A program made the translations under genes and the position numbers. A stretch of DNA of 64,000 nucleotides, from IMG/VR virus record IMGVR_UViG_3300025018_000091. One strand, 5' to 3'. This stretch comes from a virus. Lineage: Duplodnaviria; Caudoviricetes. This document shows positions 54,482 through 63,307 of this stretch, piece after piece; within the stretch, counting starts at the first letter, position 1, and each line of letters begins with the position of its first letter. Under the pieces are notes generated by a model. That model saw only the letters and a list, made by a program, of their open reading frames with translations. It had not been told where the DNA came from and did no database searches.

Positions 54482-54982
54482 TTAGATACTCCGTGTTTTA
54501 TATCCGAAATGTTTTGTTTCGTTAAGAACTTTAATTGCAGCTTCAACATGCCTATCTTGCAGACCATCTAACCAAGATGTTCTAACAAAATGCATATCCA
54601 ATACTGGATCAGAATTGTCTCGTTTTCTTTCCAAACGATCATCATCCAGTATTACATAAGTCTCAACATTCTCTTGAGTATTATCAAGCCAAGACCAAAT
54701 CTCATCTGCCCTATCATCATAGTGAAATCTAGGGGTTCTATCAATGATCTCTGCTTTAACACCACTATTTTTGAGAATTGATACAAGCTCATCCCATTCA
54801 TATGCAATGCGCCAGGAAGAAGAAATGACAATCTTTGCTCCAGTAACATCGGTTAAGGCGTTTATCCTATCAATAGCTAAAGGATCAAGTATCTCACCAT
54901 CTCCCCAAAGATCAGGTCCTAACTTAACCATTAGCTGTTCGGAGTTTAGAACGCCATCAATGTCAAGAAAAACTATCTTCAT
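54482..54982 (-). CDS. HAD phosphatase, 'Swiss Army Knife RNA repair'-like
   Basis: FLDIDGVLNS, IVISSSWR, IIDRTP, YVILDD. Confidence 0.85.
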   Translation of the reverse strand: MKIVFLDIDGVLNSEQLMVKLGPDLWGDGEILDPLAIDRINALTDVTGAKIVISSSWRIAYEWDELVSILKNSGVKAEIIDRTPRFHYDDRADEIWSWLDNTQENVETYVILDDDRLERKRDNSDPVLDMHFVRTSWLDGLQDRHVEAAIKVLNETKHFGYKTRSI

Positions 54983-55649
54983 TTATTAGAACGAATCTTT
55001 TCTCGCCTTTTAATTTCGTTAGAAGTTCTTGTCAAGAGACGACGCAATTCACGCAGTTTCATGGTATGAAGATTCAAATAGCTTTGTTTATCAAGGGTAA
55101 CAAACATAATATGTACTTCTTTTTTCATTAATTATCTTCCTTTATTTTCTTACATTCTACCTGCCAGGTAATATATCCAGTAGCACGTTCCATTGCAGCA
55201 CAAACTTTACGTAGAATTGCTTTTTCATTCTCTTTCATATAAGAAGGAACGTCAACAGTTACCGTAACTAAGTATTGTCTCTTCATGGTTTGCCTTAGAA
55301 ATGAGGGGTTAATCCAGAACCCACTGCGCAACCCCTTGTTAGAACGGTTACAAGAATATATAGCGTCATCATGCCAAAGATGATCCATCCAAATGCTACA
55401 ACTCTTTCATCATCACCTGGTAGCTTCACAATGAGAGAATCCTTCTTGATAGAGCATTTTTGAATGATTGTCGAGAACTTTCAGGAAGAAGTTCATCAAT
55501 CCTAAGCGCCAAATAAGCTGCCTTGAATGGATGATTCCAAACCTCAAAATATTCAAGAGCATCGGTGATATTCTCATTGATGAAATTGTCAACAATTTCT
55601 TCAGCAGCCTTATCTAAAAGAGTTGCAGTTCCTTTACTCATTTGACCTC

Positions 55650-56120
55650 CTACAATCTTTGTTGAGACTTCAGATTCTTCAACCACATAGAAAGAAAACT
55701 ACGAAGCTCAGAATATCTCATTGGATAACCTCTTGTAGGATTACCTTCTGAATCATAACTTTCAATAGCCCTGGTATAATTGCCCATTGATTGCTGCAAT
55801 GCAACAGGATACCACTTCCCATCTTTTGTTCTAAGTAGTTCAATATCAGGATCTGCAACCAAGTCTCCATTCTGTTCGAAATAGTGAGCCATACTGTAAA
55901 GATTATCAGCAAGTCTTTCAGCGCTAAGATACATATAGGACTTGGAATTATCGATTCGTTTGGAAGTTCCTTCTTCCATTTCGCCAAAGATTTTGTCAAG
56001 AATCTTTGAGTCTTTCTTTGACATTGGCAATAGCATTGGCATGAAATTACTCCTTAATTTGCGGTACACATTACTGTGTTGACCATCATGGCACACAAGA
56101 CACCAAAAATGCAAATCCAA
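55650..56120 (-). CDS. conserved hypothetical protein (DUF6908/DUF1249-like)
   Basis: YSMAHYFEQNGDLVADPDIEL motif. Confidence 0.6.
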   Translation of the reverse strand: MDLHFWCLVCHDGQHSNVYRKLRSNFMPMLLPMSKKDSKILDKIFGEMEEGTSKRIDNSKSYMYLSAERLADNLYSMAHYFEQNGDLVADPDIELLRTKDGKWYPVALQQSMGNYTRAIESYDSEGNPTRGYPMRYSELRSFLSMWLKNLKSQQRL

Positions 56121-56148
56121 ACGAAATCATGGTTACAGATTTCTTGTT

Positions 56149-56614
56149 TTACTTTCCTGGATCCTTGACGCCACAATGCCAACATGAAACGTCTCCTTCT
56201 GAAACGTTTCTCTTGCATTGTTTGCATGGCTTATCTACCTTATTCTGAATTAAAGTAGAAGGATTAATTGCTACAACAGGAGCAGATGAATTATCTGTAA
56301 TGATTGAATCAATAAATCTCTCTCGTCGAGACAGTAATGAATACCCTCTCTTCAGCAGGAAGATAAGAAACAAACATGTCATATTCATCTAAGGCTGTTA
56401 GCAACGATTTTTCTGAATCAGTTTGAACCAATTGTTTGATTGGAACATAAGTGGAATAGTGACGATTCAAAGTATGATGCATGCCAAGAGACTCCATATG
56501 AGAACATATGTTCTTACAAGCTCGACGCAAAGCGTCAAGCCTATTAGCATACAATGTAGTTAAAATAGTTCCCTTATGAAAGGAAACTTCTTGAACCATC
56601 CAAACCAAATTCAT
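56149..56614 (-). pseudogene. Zn-ribbon-tailed hypothetical protein split by a frameshift near 56312
   Basis: N-part resembles 58342 and 61273; the shifted frame ends CKQC..CWHCG. Confidence 0.55.
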
Positions 56615-58341
56615 AATTCACTTCCATGGTCCATGAACAAACAACCAATAGAACACATAGAACCAACCACATAGCGCATGAAGAAAGCACCACAATACAC
56701 TGTGGTTGACAGTCCAAGAAAGAACAATGGCAATTACTGCACCAATTCCAATACCACCGCTTGTTGTACTGCGAGAATTTGAATCTGACATTTTATCCCC
56801 TTTCCTCCATAACGCCAATCACTTTGTATCGGCGCATATCTTCATAGAATGATTCCATCATTTCATTGAAACGAAGATTCAACCACGTAGTGAGAACTTC
56901 AGTAGATATTTCTTCTCTTTGTCTGAATCCAATAAAGTCCAGTGACGTACTACCATACACAACTGTACTCTTGAAATTCTCAAGAGCCTTCTCACCAATA
57001 GCTGTCGTATCCCCCTTATATTCCGGTTCAGTCATCAAAGACCGTTTCCACCAAAATACAGCATTATCAATGTAGTGCATAGGTCCTTTCACTAAGGAAA
57101 CCAAATGCCACTTCACAAGAGGAGCAACTTCTTTACAGTGCTTCTGAATATCATCATGCAAACATCCGAATGCTCGATAACCATCAGATCCTCTTAGCTC
57201 GCCAGTAATGGAGAAGTATGGGTCTTGTCCTTCAAAACAAGTAAACCCATAATTTACTTTCAAAAAGTACATATTTTTTTCATCGACAAACTCGACATTG
57301 GATTCTTGCATATTTACTTACTTGAACATTACTTGACTCCATTTCGTTTATCGATCATATCAAGTTCTTTTTGAAAACGTCGCTCTTGCATATCGTTAGT
57401 ATAACTAACGCTAACAAGATTAATTCCACGATACTGTGGATCTGGAACAGTACCCCCACCAGCAGCAAGCTTTTTTGGTCTTACTGTTTTAGGAACGTAA
57501 GCCCAGCCCCAACCATTAATGCCTTCTATTCTGTTAGGGATAAACTCTTCCCAACACAATACCTTATTTGGATAAATCTTCATCCAATAATCAACCGCTT
57601 TTCGCAAAGCCATCATAGAACCGCAAACATCAAGAGGATTTCCTTGCTGAGTCATAAGCACATACACAATTCTTTTACTCATTTAACCATCTTTTTCTTG
57701 GAAGTTTTCTTTACAATATTTATCCCATTCTTCATCAGAAGAAAAGAACATTGGCGGATAATCTGAAAAAGTTCCATCTCGATAATCTGTAATTACTATG
57801 CCACAATTATGACAAATAATGTGGTCGTAAATTTTACGAGGAACTACCTCTATATTAGCACCAAACCAACAAGATGGACACCAATTGTACATAGACATTT
57901 CATTCAATAGCCTTCAATGCCAAATCTACATACATTGCTGCAAGTTTGAAATTCAGATGAAAACTAATTGCATCTGGATCTTTATCATCTACAGAATCAT
58001 TTGCCACAGATTCGAAAACTCCCTTTAGATGATGTAGGATATCAACAACATCAATATCATTGAAGTTATGTGCCCCAAGTTCTTGAATCTCTTTCAAGGA
58101 CTTATTTAGATCTATGTATTGTTTTGCCATGATATTTACCTATTGAACCAACACACATGAGTCCACTCTCGTCGAATGTCCCCAGTTGTAATATCAGATG
58201 GACATACCTCAATGCTTGACATTTCGGTTGCTGTAGCATAATGTCCAAATCCATCATAGTCGATAAACAACCCATCTTCACAGTTTTCAATGAACTCATC
58301 AAGAGTCATCAAGTCTCCATAATCAGGAATTGGTCTTGTTT

Positions 58342-58908
58342 TCATGTTGAATGCTCCGACCCACACTTCCAACAAGGAGATTCCCCTTCGTACAAAGATG
58401 TTCCACATACCCGACAAGAAACCTCTTTCTTTTGAGGAATACCACAATCTGGAACCGCTTTTGCTAAAGGAATTTTTGCACACGTATTCTGTCCACCCAT
58501 ATGAATTTTGGAGTCTGGATTTACTTGAGTATCATAGACATAGATTTTGTAGTAATCATCATAGTCTATATTACCATTCCATTCACTGTAGGTTTCCAGC
58601 GCAACACGAAAATCTTTTGCTTTTGTAGCAGCCAAGACCTCCCTGTAATAATCATTTGCCAACTGCGAATTGGAAGGATCATCACAGCCACATTCACGCA
58701 TGTACTCTGCGGCAGTATCGCAAGCATCACTCAAAGCATCTTGCTCACTTTGATACAAGTGAATGGTTACATCTGCCTCAGAAACGTTAAGAACGTTCCA
58801 ATACCCAAAGCACCTGGAAGTTATGGGGAAATTTAGACATAACTCATCCTTCTGGCAAAAGATGCCAATGTGATAGTTCAGTGGCACTAATGTAAAAGGA
58901 TCCGCCAC
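58342..58908 (-). CDS. hypothetical protein with C-terminal CxxC-x10-CWxCG Zn ribbon
   Basis: CRVCGTSLYEGESPCWKCG. Confidence 0.7.
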   Translation of the reverse strand: MADPFTLVPLNYHIGIFCQKDELCLNFPITSRCFGYWNVLNVSEADVTIHLYQSEQDALSDACDTAAEYMRECGCDDPSNSQLANDYYREVLAATKAKDFRVALETYSEWNGNIDYDDYYKIYVYDTQVNPDSKIHMGGQNTCAKIPLAKAVPDCGIPQKKEVSCRVCGTSLYEGESPCWKCGSEHST

Positions 58909-59255
58909 AATAACGGAGTTTACATATGCCAGTCACTTGATTGTAAACCACCAATTTACACCTATCATAAACATACCACCTGTAGTATTCACGACCTTTT
59001 ATGATAGGTGTGTGCCCGGCTTTATCATCATGATAAGCCATGGATTTTTACTCAAGAACCAGAATTGTCACAAGCTCTCCGCTATGATGCTCCTGATCAT
59101 ACAGAAGCCCATTATGAAGTTTTGCTTTTGACAAGAAGGAACTATCTATTGGACTATACCCATGCTCGTAGTTGGGATCATGAACGGCAACCAATGCGTC
59201 ATCAGGCATTGATGCAAGCAGTTCCTTCATAATTTGAACAGTAATGTTTCTCATT

Positions 59256-59654
59256 TCAACAACCCATTCTACGTTCAGACGCTCGTTCAGCAGCATAGTT
59301 ATATTCATTTTCTTGATATTCAAGATACCTATCATAGACTTCTTTTTGCTCCGTAGTCAGAATGCTTTCATTTACTACCGGAACAACACGCAAGCCTTTG
59401 CATTCATAGCAAGTAACATCATACTTACCACTCATATAATTAGCGGCGAAATCATTATCCTCTTGACAAGCCTCTTGCCATTCAGAATATGTGAATCCAC
59501 CACCATCACATTCAATGTTAGGATTCACATGTTTGCCTTCGCCACCACAACAATCACATACTTCGAATTTTGCCGGAAGAGAATACTCAACCTCTTCCCC
59601 ATCATCATCTTCAATGACGAAGGTAATGTCATTAGGCATCTTGTTTCTCCTCAT
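59256..59654 (-). CDS. conserved phage hypothetical protein (Zn finger)
   Basis: VCDCCGGEGKHVNP...CYECKG; directly downstream of motif copy 6. Confidence 0.7.
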   Translation of the reverse strand: MRRNKMPNDITFVIEDDDGEEVEYSLPAKFEVCDCCGGEGKHVNPNIECDGGGFTYSEWQEACQEDNDFAANYMSGKYDVTCYECKGLRVVPVVNESILTTEQKEVYDRYLEYQENEYNYAAERASERRMGC

Positions 59655-59675
59655 TGAGTGTTGCTTACATCTACA

Positions 59676-59700
59676 GGCTTGCCCCGGTCACCCGATGGGA
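59676..59700 (-). promoter_or_regulatory. dispersed 25-bp motif, copy 6
   Basis: Plus strand ggcttgccccggtcacccgatggga. Confidence 0.65.
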
Positions 59701-59808
59701 CAGCCAAATTAGCAGAGTGCCGAACGTTTGTAATATATCATTCGGCTGGTACTGGCATACCAATTTACCTCAATCGCAAAGTCCAGTGAAATTGAGATTG
59801 GCTCTTAG

Positions 59809-59901
59809 AGGGAACTAAAGGATTCGAACCTCTTTATACTTCTTGTATGTCTTTCCTGCTGGATAGGTATGCATCCCACACCAAACTTAAACGAAGTTCC
59901 C
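59809..59901 (-). ncRNA. tRNA-like element with intact acceptor and T arm but remodelled D/anticodon region
   Basis: GGGAACT/AGTTCCC, AGAGG-TTCGAAT-CCTTT; centre does not fit a cloverleaf. Confidence 0.55.
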
Positions 59902-60184
59902 TAAATGCCAGTTTTATTCAACAGACAGCTAAACACACATGATTCAATAGCCATAGTTATCAACGGGGAGACCTGGCAACTCGCCTGACTTCCATTAACT
60001 ATTATTCATGTGCCGCTAGAACCATGCACTTGCCACAGTCATACCAGGCTGCTTCCCAAAGGTATGAATGGTTCTCTTACCAGCCTCAAGCCAACGAAAA
60101 AGAGAAACGAAACATTTTTTACAAAAATCAAAATCTTCAATGTTTCTTGTCTCTCCACCTATATTTGCGCAATCCCAACCTTTG

Positions 60185-60256
60185 GGCACACCGATACGAT
60201 TCGAACGTACCATCTCCCTCAAAACAATAGGGGTTTTACCATTAAGCTAGGTGTGC
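60185..60256 (-). tRNA. degenerate tRNA, possible anticodon GTT (Asn)
   Basis: GCACACC/GGTGTGC, T loop TTCGAAT, imperfect anticodon stem. Confidence 0.45.
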
Positions 60257-60290
60257 TTTATTAGATTTTAAAAAAGATTAACGCAAGGTT

Positions 60291-60737
60291 TTATTTTTGA
60301 ACCCATTTAACTTTATCTGGGTTTGTATTGTATTCTTTTTCAACCAACTTACCAATAGCTTCACTAGCCCATTCAGCAATAGTTGGTTTACTTTCAATTC
60401 GTCCAAAAACAGTTACACTAATAAACTCTTGATTATTATGTATAGCTGCTGCAAGACGATGATTTCCATCAGATACAATTCCAATGCCATCTCTCGGAGG
60501 CTCTAATAAAATATCACCTTTCCAACCATTTACAACAAAATAAGCTATCCTCCTAATATGCGTAACTCTATCAACTTTTTTCTTAATAGGACAAGACTCA
60601 AAACACTTCTGTTTAATTGCTGTTTCGATCTCGTTATTAGTAATAGGATAATCAATACTCCAAGAAGGAGTTTTGAATGGGTTGTAAATTTCTTCTAACA
60701 ACTTGACAGGAATGTACATTTTATCTTTTCCTTGCAT
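60291..60737 (-). CDS. ParB-like domain protein
   Basis: IVSDGNHRLAAA motif. Confidence 0.6.
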   Translation of the reverse strand: MQGKDKMYIPVKLLEEIYNPFKTPSWSIDYPITNNEIETAIKQKCFESCPIKKKVDRVTHIRRIAYFVVNGWKGDILLEPPRDGIGIVSDGNHRLAAAIHNNQEFISVTVFGRIESKPTIAEWASEAIGKLVEKEYNTNPDKVKWVQK

Positions 60738-60831
60738 TCAACAAACGAATTGGAAATTTTCTCATTCGTGGAGAATCGAACTCCATATTCCGGTGTAGAG
60801 AATACCATCGAGCCATATGCAAGCCCATTTA

Positions 60832-60903
60832 GGCACACCAACATGATTCGAACATGCTTTCTTCCCAAGGCTATTGGGGGCTTTCCCATTAAGCTAGGTG
60901 CGT
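60832..60903 (-). tRNA. degenerate tRNA, paralogue of 60185-60256, possible anticodon AGC
   Basis: GCACC/GGTGT acceptor core, GCTT/AAGC D stem, CCCA-ATAGCCT-TGGG, GCATG-TTCGAAT-CATGT. Confidence 0.45.
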
Positions 60904-61207
60904 TTTTAGATTTTAAAAAAGATTAACGCATCCATTGGCTGCGCGTTTGCTGCCAGCCCCATTGCTTTACACAATGGCGGAACATTCGTCACCTTACTTT
61001 CATTTCTATTTGGTTTTTCTAACATCAAGTTCTTTTCTCTAATCAGCCATATATAAAATTTGTCAAGTTACATTTGTGGGCGGGTCACGAATGCTTATCA
61101 TATTTTATTCCTTTAGTTGATTAACTGATTTACAGCCACGTCAGTACGTGGTTGGTTGCCAACCTATTACCATCACGCGAATATCCATTGTCACAGACAA
61201 CGATACC

Positions 61208-61287
61208 GGCAGATCGACGGAATTGAACCGCTGCTTCCTACACGCCGCTTTCGCTGTGTAGTCTAAACCTATTCAGATTGAATTACC
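61208..61287 (-). ncRNA. tRNA-like element with extended anticodon arm capped by a GAAA tetraloop
   Basis: D arm TCT-GAATAGGTTT-AGA, CTACAC-AGCGAAAGCGGC-GTGTAG, T loop TTCAATT; weak acceptor. Confidence 0.4.
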
Positions 61288-61767
61288 ACAATTCCAACAG
61301 ACATTCACACCAACATCATTCATCCGAGAACAATGCGGACAAGAAAATTCTTCTCTGATCTTTGCAGCAGGTAGCACGGCTGTTGCTTCTGTTGTTGTAA
61401 TTACTTTCTCTTCATTCAACAGAATTTTTCTTGTGTGTTGTGAACGAATTGACTGCGAAAAAACAGTAACATACATGTACCCACAATAACCATTCATGTT
61501 ATTTGGTATCTCATTGTATGCATCTAGAGCAGCTAGGAACTTATTAGACCTAATGAAATTAGATACTTTATCGAATTCTTTCATTAGTTCTGGTTGGTTT
61601 GGATCACGGGCAAAATTGATTATGTCAGCGATCTCATCCATTGCTGCATACATGGCTGATTTTTCAGAATCAAAGATAAATCGACTTGAATCGAAATCAT
61701 CCTCACAACTAACTTCAAGAATGTACACTTCGCTCATGTTACCTCTATGACATAAAAGAACTAGCAC
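61273..61767 (-). CDS. hypothetical protein with C-terminal CxxC-x10-CWxCG Zn ribbon
   Basis: CPHCSRMNDVGVNVCWNCG. Confidence 0.7.
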   Translation of the reverse strand: MLVLLCHRGNMSEVYILEVSCEDDFDSSRFIFDSEKSAMYAAMDEIADIINFARDPNQPELMKEFDKVSNFIRSNKFLAALDAYNEIPNNMNGYCGYMYVTVFSQSIRSQHTRKILLNEEKVITTTEATAVLPAAKIREEFSCPHCSRMNDVGVNVCWNCGNSI

Positions 61768-61822
61768 CTTCTTTTTTGCTTCAGCGGGTAAAGAAGGGCA
61801 TAGAAACCTATAAGTTCTTTTG

Positions 61823-61895
61823 TGGACAAGTAGGGAATCGAACCTTGTCCAATTTCAAGAAAGTAATCAGCCACTTGCGAATGTGATTCATGTCA
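61823..61895 (-). tRNA. degenerate tRNA (pseudo)
   Basis: 73 nt; D stem TCAC/GTGG, T loop TTCGATT; unpaired anticodon stem. Confidence 0.35.
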
Positions 61896-62168
61896 GTTCA
61901 CATCTCCATTGTCTGGAACTTCATGACCTTCAACATCCAATGTCTGCAATGAATCAATCGCAGACTTGAACATCAATGCAGCTCGAAGCTCAGTGATTGT
62001 ATCAACTGCCAAAACAACAATCACTGAAAGATTCACAATTGCTTTCTCCAATTGTTCTTTGGTTGCCGTTCCCGAACGAACAAGCAGAACCGCATCGCGC
62101 GCAGTTTCCAACGCTTTGTTTGAAGTCATTCCTTTTGAATCAATCATATGTATTCCTCCTATGTTGAT

Positions 62169-62243
62169 TGGTGCTGGAGCGGGGATTCGAACCCTGCTAT
62201 TCCCCTATATAAAAAGGGCGTTTTAACCGGCAAACCATCGCGA
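62169..62243 (-). tRNA. degenerate tRNA-Ile(TAT) with CCA
   Basis: CCCTT-TT TAT AT-AGGGG, T arm, ACCA end; acceptor 5' strand does not pair. Confidence 0.4.
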
Positions 62244-62249
62244 ATGGTT

Positions 62250-62435
62250 TATGCCAAACTCCCCAGCATAAATGTGCGAGTTATCCTACCGCACACTGGG
62301 TCGAGTCTTGTCCCAGAGGACTGTATTGGGAATTCACACATGTTATTGTGAACTGCTCCTTTCGGAGTCACATCTGCGGAATAGGTACAGGTCCATGTGT
62401 TACTGCAATACGGGTTCTGCTATTCATCCTGCTAC
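62250..62435 (-). ncRNA. candidate structured ncRNA downstream of tRNA-Lys
   Basis: CTCC-GAAA-GGAG, TTCACA/TGTGAA, CTGGG/CCCAG, TGTGCG/CGCACA, GTATTG/CAATAC. Confidence 0.4.
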
Positions 62436-62439
62436 TCGG

Positions 62440-62510
62440 TGGGTCCACAGGAAGTCGAATCCTGATTAACGGGTTAAAAGCCCGCTACTCTGCCATTGAG
62501 TTATAGACCC
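62440..62510 (-). tRNA. tRNA-Lys(TTT)
   Basis: GGGTCTA/TGGACCC, GCGGG-CT TTT AA-CCCGT, CAGGA-TTCGACT-TCCTG. Confidence 0.88.
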
Positions 62511-62512
62511 GT

Positions 62513-62705
62513 ATGATAGGATACACCCACATCAATGCCATTACGACTCCGTAGTTATATCTAACGCTCGAATGCTTTCGCATTCGATCAGCTTTCGCTG
62601 ACACTATCATTGCGGCTTTACAAGCGGTCTGCCTTTTTTGGGGAAACGACGCCCCTTCAATCATAGGTTATTTGCTTATACCTACTAGCTAAGAGTTACT
62701 TAGCG
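62513..62705 (-). ncRNA. candidate structured ncRNA upstream of tRNA-Lys
   Basis: TCAGC-GAAA-GCTGA directly followed by TCGAATGC-GAAA-GCATTCGA, closed by ATGATAG/CTATCAT; further stems GCTAAG/CTTAGC, TAGGT/ACCTA, GGGG/CCCC. Confidence 0.45.
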
Positions 62706-62722
62706 CGTCATTTTTTGTATTT

Positions 62723-63073
62723 TTATTCATCGGCATCTGATTGATTAAACAAAGAAGAACAATTAAGTAGAATTAGTTGAATTTCACGTTTCAATTCAGG
62801 TGAAGAATATTTTCCTGTTCCTAGGCTTTTGTCAATTTCAATGAATTCTTCCATAGAATATTTTTTTTCCAAAGAAGAGTATTGACACTCACAGTCTTGT
62901 GAAGGAAAATCACATTTACTCATGAAATTATCTTTCATAGACTGAGGATAATGATTATTATTTAATTCAGTATTGTTGCAACCAATGATAAATCCGAGTG
63001 CAAGCGCAGCCGCAATGGTTAGTTTTGTAGTTTTAGTCATTTTATAAACCTTTACTATCTCAACCAGACACAT
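62723..63073 (-). CDS. lipoprotein
   Basis: Signal peptide with IIGC lipobox; C..C.C motif. Confidence 0.6.
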   Translation of the reverse strand: MCLVEIVKVYKMTKTTKLTIAAALALGFIIGCNNTELNNNHYPQSMKDNFMSKCDFPSQDCECQYSSLEKKYSMEEFIEIDKSLGTGKYSSPELKREIQLILLNCSSLFNQSDADE

Positions 63074-63307
63074 TCGTAATCTGGATTCATGTAGAAATCA
63101 GTGTCCGCACTCGCAAAAATGTTCCCCGTACGCTTGTTGATTCCAATACTGTAAATCCAAACCCCTCGATTCGGATCACAATAATCAAAACCATACCCAC
63201 TCTCAAGATACTTCCCTAGACGATACATCCCAGGATATACCTCTTTCCCAATCTTCGAAACATCAATCGCATCTCCACTATTAATGAGTCGATTCATGTA
63301 ATCCATA

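Noticed and set aside
61220-61240. SRP RNA motif (AGGAAGCAGC)
   Set aside because: It lacks the paired CAGG strand and tetraloop geometry; explained as the variable region of a tRNA-like element.
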